From Candidatus Latescibacterota bacterium (GTDB lineage: Bacteria > Latescibacterota > UBA2968), in the NCBI GenBank assembly GCA_965198115.1, contig OZ240241.1, positions 5,056,001 to 5,120,000 on the forward strand: a DNA stretch of 64,000 nucleotides, written 5' to 3'. This document shows, piece by piece, positions 59,369-64,000 of this stretch. The notes under the pieces were generated by a model, which ran no database searches, was not told where the DNA came from, and was given only the letters and a program-made list of their open reading frames with translations. How positions within the stretch are numbered: position 1 is the stretch's first letter; every line of letters begins with the position of its first letter. The position numbers and the translations under genes were made by a program.

Positions 59369-59830
59369 GTGAAACGTTTAGCCTACACATTCACGCTACT
59401 GGTTGTCGGTATCTTCCTGCCTGTCACAGCCAAAGCCGATGACGCGGATGACGTCAAATCTGCGGTAGAAGCCTTTTATGACGCACTCAACAGCGGCGAT
59501 GCTGCAGGCGTCAGCAAGTTCACATCGCCGGGCAGTACCTTTCCCAGACACGGAAGGCTTCTGAGGTCACAGGGCAACACGACTCAGGAAAGCAGAAAAG
59601 CTCGACTGCAGGCTTCATTTGACGCCGGGCTCAATTACGACCTCAGAATCCATCACCTGGATGTAAAGGTCCACGGTGAAACGTCCGTTGCCACGTACTA
59701 CACGACTGGGCCGACTACATATTCAAACGGGACATTGCTCCAGGGCACTTTCCGTGCCTCGCTGATTTGGTTGAAGCAGGGAAGTCAGTGGCGTATAGTT
59801 CATATTCACATTTCTCGCCTGGAGACCTGA
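59369..59830 (+). CDS. Secreted SnoaL/NTF2-like (DUF4440) protein
   Basis: Signal peptide ending AKA, FYDALNSGD, WRIVHIHIS. GGAGG RBS. Confidence 0.85.
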   Translation: MKRLAYTFTLLVVGIFLPVTAKADDADDVKSAVEAFYDALNSGDAAGVSKFTSPGSTFPRHGRLLRSQGNTTQESRKARLQASFDAGLNYDLRIHHLDVKVHGETSVATYYTTGPTTYSNGTLLQGTFRASLIWLKQGSQWRIVHIHISRLET

Positions 59831-59977
59831 ACCAAGAGCAAGTCTGCCACTAATCGCAGGTACGAATGCGACAGCTTTTAACGGGTTGATTCTGTTTATA
59901 CTCTCTATAGTCGTGGCTGCTGATGATGGCGAATCGAAACAGAGGTCAAACCTTCGGCGCACGAAAGGGGTCAAGAA

Positions 59978-60097
59978 ATGGGTGACAAAGGCAAGAAGGA
60001 TAAGGAAAGGAAGCTGAAACAGCAGGCGAAGAAGAAAAATCAGCAAGCGAAGATGAAGCACGATAAGAACCACAAAGCTCGGACACAAGTTGTGTGA
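59978..60097 (+). CDS. 39-aa lysine-rich peptide (not in the ORF track)
   Basis: AAAGGGG RBS. MGDKGKKDKERKLKQQAKKKNQQAKMKHDKNHKARTQVV. Confidence 0.55.
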   Translation: MGDKGKKDKERKLKQQAKKKNQQAKMKHDKNHKARTQVV

Positions 60098-60202
60098 AGA
60101 CTCAGCACCTTGGCTGCTATCTCGACCGGTCTGCTTAGCAAGGGTCTTGTAGACACGAAAGGGATGCTGCTACTGAAGTAGTACCATCTCTCTCCTGAGC
60201 CA

Positions 60203-60242
60203 ATTAAGGCCCCCGCCAGCGTATGCCGGCGGGGGCCTTAAT
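60203..60242. terminator. Hairpin between convergent genes
   Basis: ATTAAGGCCCCCGCC...GGCGGGGGCCTTAAT. Confidence 0.75.
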
Positions 60243-60264
60243 CTATAGAGGTATAGAAAAGTGC

Positions 60265-61257
60265 TTAGAGGCTGCCGCCGCCGGTGCCTCCTGAGCCGCC
60301 ACCTGGTTCTGTCACCGTGAACTCGTAGTTTGTTACGTCAACGTGCCCTTCAATGAGCCCTTCGCCCGGAGTAATTAGAGCGAAGCTCAAGAGGGCTATA
60401 TCCCCACCAACTACTCCAAAGTAGGTATGCTCTCCAACGCCTTCCATGGACAGCGTAACATCACTGCCAGACTTCTCTATAACGAAAGTGCCTGATTCGA
60501 CAAATAGGTCCACGTCGAGGCCGCCAGGGCGTGTGGGTTCAAACCAAGTCCCTAGGACGCCGGGACCAGACGTGCAGCATTTTACCATCTCGATGGCGGC
60601 CTTCTCCGGGACGCTGGACTCGTCTGTCCAAGCTAAATCGAACTGCAACTCCGCGCCCTCTGGCATGGTATTGAAATTCTCGAATGTGACCCTTGCAGTG
60701 AAGTCTTGGGTGTTCAAGTCTATCGACTCAGCAGCTATCAGGTCCATTCTCGATTCGAGATATGGGTGAGCCGCCGGCGGGTCTGGGTGCGACCCGACGT
60801 CCTTATTTTGGTCGATGCTGATGCTACCGGGCCCAAATGTGAAACTTTCGGCCGGGTCGAAGACAATGGGAGGGGGAGAGTCTTCCTCGTAGTCTGGGTT
60901 GAATTGATATAATAGGTTGAAGCTATCGGGGATAAGTATGCCGGCTGGCTCGCAGTTTTCGTCCAACACCTCCCCACCCGGTAGTTCATCCCCGTGCTTC
61001 TGGTGACCATTGAGCCACCCATTCATTGACACATTTATTTTCTGATATACGGGATTCCCATCGCCATCCAGCTCGTCGGTCTTGTGGCAGACGTCGATTT
61101 TGCCGGCCGGCTTTGTTGCCAGGGCAGATTCAATCGAAGCCACCCCCGGGGACGCTGAACCACTCCCGGTGACGAGCCCGTTGTCTGTGATTCGGTCGCC
61201 TCCACAGCCAAAGGCCGAAAGCGCGATAACTGCGATTACTGCGCAAGCATATTTCAT
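60265..61257 (-). CDS. Hypothetical lipoprotein
   Basis: Lipobox AFGC, K.DVCH...INVS...GH..HGD module, Gly-rich tail. Confidence 0.75.
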   Translation of the reverse strand: MKYACAVIAVIALSAFGCGGDRITDNGLVTGSGSASPGVASIESALATKPAGKIDVCHKTDELDGDGNPVYQKINVSMNGWLNGHQKHGDELPGGEVLDENCEPAGILIPDSFNLLYQFNPDYEEDSPPPIVFDPAESFTFGPGSISIDQNKDVGSHPDPPAAHPYLESRMDLIAAESIDLNTQDFTARVTFENFNTMPEGAELQFDLAWTDESSVPEKAAIEMVKCCTSGPGVLGTWFEPTRPGGLDVDLFVESGTFVIEKSGSDVTLSMEGVGEHTYFGVVGGDIALLSFALITPGEGLIEGHVDVTNYEFTVTEPGGGSGGTGGGSL

Positions 61258-61491
61258 CTACAATCTCCCGGTGAGATGTCCACGCTGAACCCCGACCCTA
61301 TAGGGCACAATAGGGCCCGGCGATTTGCTCCTGTCAAGAGTTCCGTTTGACGAGGAGCCACTGCCAGCCCTATCATCGCGTGAAATCACACTCTCGTAGT
61401 CACAATATGGACACTCAGGCGGGAGACGTAGACGGGATAGACTCACAGAGACAGACGCAAACCAGGCCCAGTAAGGGATTTCTGGCCCTGT

Positions 61492-61564
61492 GCCGCCCTA
61501 GCTCAGCTGGTAGAGCAATGGATTTGTAATCCATAGGTCGGGGGTTCGAGTCCCCTGGGCGGCC
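61492..61564 (+). tRNA. tRNA-Thr(TGT), second identical copy, CCA not encoded
   Basis: Identical 73 nt; ends ...GGCCCAT versus GGCCCCAT in copy 1. Confidence 0.93.
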
Positions 61565-61612
61565 CATTACATTGAAGATTGATGATCGAGTATCGAGTAT
61601 GTGGGTGATTGC

Positions 61613-61652
61613 GGGCCCTCATTGTGGCGGACAATGAGGGCCCTTTCTGTTT
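61613..61652 (+). terminator. Terminator after tRNA copy 2
   Basis: GGGCCCTCATTGT-GGCGG-ACAATGAGGGCCC followed by TTTCTGTTT. Confidence 0.8.
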
Positions 61653-61730
61653 GATCGACGTCAACGAGTCTGACCAGCCGGCGTCGAAGATTCGGGTTTG
61701 GCACGGTCTGTCAAAGTCAGCTCTTCCATC

Positions 61731-63938
61731 TCATTGCTGACCCACTTCTTCGAGGATCGAGCTGATTGCGCCGAGGTCATATCGGTCGGCGAGCGTGCGA
61801 AGATGGTCGGCGAGTTGACGCTCTCGATTGCCCATGTCGAACAGGAGATCGATACTGCGCCTCAGATCGGTGATGCTGTGATCGGCGGCGGCCGATAGGA
61901 GATCTTCACGAATGGGCCGGGGCAGCTCGAGGCTGGTCCAATCCTCTTGTGAGGCTTCGACTTCTTTCTCTTGCGTGAATTCGAAGCGAACGCCCAACAG
62001 GTCGGACAGGGCGGCGTAAACCTGCTCCGCCCGCAGCGGCTTGTCGATGAATTCATCGAACCCGATCTGCATGAACCGTTTTCGTTGATGCACGAAGACT
62101 GAAGCCGTGACGGCCACACATTTTAGCGTGCCCTCCCCGTGTTCCTCCATCAGACGTCTCAACGTCTCCTCACCATCCATTTCGGGCATTCGAATGTCGA
62201 GGAAAATGATGTCTGGCTTGGACTGACGAACTATATCGATCGCTTCGAATCCGCTGCTCGCGGTCTGGACCGTGACTCCGATGTTGTCCAGCATCTGGGT
62301 CAGGATGTCCCTGTTCGTCTCGACGTCGTCGACAACGAGTGCCGTGACGGTTTGCGATTCGGACAAACGCTCGACCGCGGACCAGTCTCCTTCGACGGAT
62401 GGGCGCCCTACGTGCTCGCCGGTGGCCGATGGTAAGAGAAGGGTGAATTCGAAGCGAGTGCCCGGTCCCGATTTAGACTCGAGTGCGAGTTGTCCACCCA
62501 TCATCTTGACGTGGTGATCGGCGATCGCTAGGCCGAGTCCTGTACCTCCCTGGTCCATTCCTTCCTGTGACTGTTGGAAGGGCTGGAGGACTTTGGCCAG
62601 TTCCTGGTGTTCGATTCCGGATCCTGTGTCGTCGACGGCGAATCGATAACGATCGTCGCCCAGACTTTCGATAACGAGCGAAACGGATCCGGAGTCCGTG
62701 AACTTGACGCCGTTTGCAAGCAAGTTGATTAGGACCTGTCTCAGCTTGTTTTCGTCTCCCCTGACGGCGTGCCCGGGCAGTCCGTCGCGTGTCAGCTTCC
62801 ACGTGAGGTCTTTTTCCGCGCACCGGATCTCGAACATCGCACCGAGGGTCTGAGCAAGGTCCAACAGGTCGAAGTAGGTCGGGTTGAGGGATTCCCTTCC
62901 CGCCTCGATTTTCGAAATGTCGAGCACGTTGTTGATGAGGCCGAGGAGGTGCTCGCCGCTGCTCTGGATGGTTCGAATCGCCCTCTGATGCTTATCGGAG
63001 AGCTCTTCATCTTGCTTGAGGAGCTGGGCATAGCCCAAGATGGCGTTCATGGGTGTTCGTATTTCGTGACTCATGTTTGCGAGAAAGATGCTCTTCGTCC
63101 TGTTGGCCGCTTCCGCAGTCTGTCTGGCTTCTTCGGCCGAGGTGCGGGCCTGTTGCTCGGATTCGAGTGCGTCTTCCAGACGGACCGTCGCTTCCCGAAG
63201 TTCGATGGTCCGTTCTTCAACGCGGTGCTCCAGCGTGTCCCGCGCTTCCTGCAGGGACACGTCGCGTCTTTGTATCAGCTCGAGCATTTCGTTGAACGCC
63301 GAAGACAACACGCCCAGTTCATCGCTGCTGCGTGGCGTAACGCGCTGTGAGTAATCGGCCGTCTCGGAAACGTTCCGAGTCGTGGTGACCAGGTCGAGGA
63401 TGGGGGCCGAAATCGTCTTTTGCAGGACGACGGCGAGGCCCATCGAGAAGAACAGTCCAACGATCAGGACGAGGATCGCGTTTTCGATGTACTCCTCGAT
63501 GTTCTCCGCAAGCTGAGACAGATCGGCTCGCAGCAGGATCGTACCGATCCTTTCGCCGTTTCGCTCGATGGGGTGGAAGAGCTCGAGGAAACCATCATTG
63601 AAAGCGTGGTCGTGGCCGACGGGAGGCAAGGGAAAACTTCTGTGTTCCTCCCTGCTGTAGGAGGCGAAGACGGCTCCGTTGGCGTCGTAAACACAGGCGT
63701 TGGTGATGTTGGCCTCGACGCTCAGGGACATCAGGAGCTGTTCAGCAGCCCGGTCATCCATGAAGAGCAGCGTGGAGACACTGTTCTCGCCAATCAGTGC
63801 GGCCGTCGAGGAGATCTGCTTCACGAGGTTCGATCGAAACAGTCCGACTTCCTGCTGAACGAACACCGCGCTGGCCAGGACAAGCACCGCGAAGGCTGTG
63901 AAGAACTGAATCGTGATGAGTTTTTTTCTGATCGTCAT
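61731..63938 (-). CDS. Hybrid sensor histidine kinase (CHASE8-like periplasmic domain, HAMP, HisKA, HATPase, REC)
   Basis: FLANMSHEIRTPMN, NLLANGVKFT, DTGSGI, GTGLGL, VVDD...FLDIRMP...KP. Confidence 0.94.
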   Translation of the reverse strand: MTIRKKLITIQFFTAFAVLVLASAVFVQQEVGLFRSNLVKQISSTAALIGENSVSTLLFMDDRAAEQLLMSLSVEANITNACVYDANGAVFASYSREEHRSFPLPPVGHDHAFNDGFLELFHPIERNGERIGTILLRADLSQLAENIEEYIENAILVLIVGLFFSMGLAVVLQKTISAPILDLVTTTRNVSETADYSQRVTPRSSDELGVLSSAFNEMLELIQRRDVSLQEARDTLEHRVEERTIELREATVRLEDALESEQQARTSAEEARQTAEAANRTKSIFLANMSHEIRTPMNAILGYAQLLKQDEELSDKHQRAIRTIQSSGEHLLGLINNVLDISKIEAGRESLNPTYFDLLDLAQTLGAMFEIRCAEKDLTWKLTRDGLPGHAVRGDENKLRQVLINLLANGVKFTDSGSVSLVIESLGDDRYRFAVDDTGSGIEHQELAKVLQPFQQSQEGMDQGGTGLGLAIADHHVKMMGGQLALESKSGPGTRFEFTLLLPSATGEHVGRPSVEGDWSAVERLSESQTVTALVVDDVETNRDILTQMLDNIGVTVQTASSGFEAIDIVRQSKPDIIFLDIRMPEMDGEETLRRLMEEHGEGTLKCVAVTASVFVHQRKRFMQIGFDEFIDKPLRAEQVYAALSDLLGVRFEFTQEKEVEASQEDWTSLELPRPIREDLLSAAADHSITDLRRSIDLLFDMGNRERQLADHLRTLADRYDLGAISSILEEVGQQ

Positions 63939-64000
63939 TCTGTATCCCGGCTGAATCACTCCGAGCTATTCTCAGCGTACGCTTACTTCACACGTGGTTC

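Larger units (their letters stand above)
50176..61565. mobile_element. tRNA-Thr-integrated genomic island remnant (~11.3 kb), no integrase
   Basis: 88-bp direct repeat at 50176-50263 and 61478-61565. IS- and pseudogene-rich, partly lower-GC interior. Confidence 0.85.

Noticed and set aside
59910-59965. Hammerhead ribozyme-like core CTGATGA...GAAAC...GTC
   Set aside because: Stem II cannot close (U...C) and the stem I strands (GGCTG vs AAACC) do not pair.

Overview
GC-rich bacterial chromosomal window. The gene mix (several PhyH dioxygenases, a GWxTD-TPR protein, dockerin/EF-hand-tailed secreted proteins, a Reg_prop sensor) suggests a Latescibacterota-like lineage; this is inference. Bases 1-50 kb are mostly core or accessory metabolism: split PFOR, PTS IIA, topA-xerC, ubiA/ubiX, TAXI-TRAP, a RelA/SpoT homolog plus DinG, kduD, queA, ispDF and ddl. 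They are interrupted by IS630 and ISL3 insertions and by REP/heptamer intergenic repeats. Bases ~50.2-61.6 kb are a decayed ~11.3 kb genomic island with no integrase, flanked by an 88-bp direct repeat that contains a whole tRNA-Thr(TGT). Best leads: (1) the whole-tRNA duplication island; (2) a sigma54-type promoter upstream of a 77-aa Asp-less mini-receiver, a 40-aa membrane peptide and an anti-Shine-Dalgarno-loop RNA candidate; (3) a PhyH enzyme with halogenase-like HGG in place of HxD; (4) a DinG-coupled RelA/SpoT homolog with a degenerate synthetase domain; (5) an IS630 with a second frameshift shared by all three copies; (6) nested and modular REP elements. No CRISPR array or rRNA was seen.
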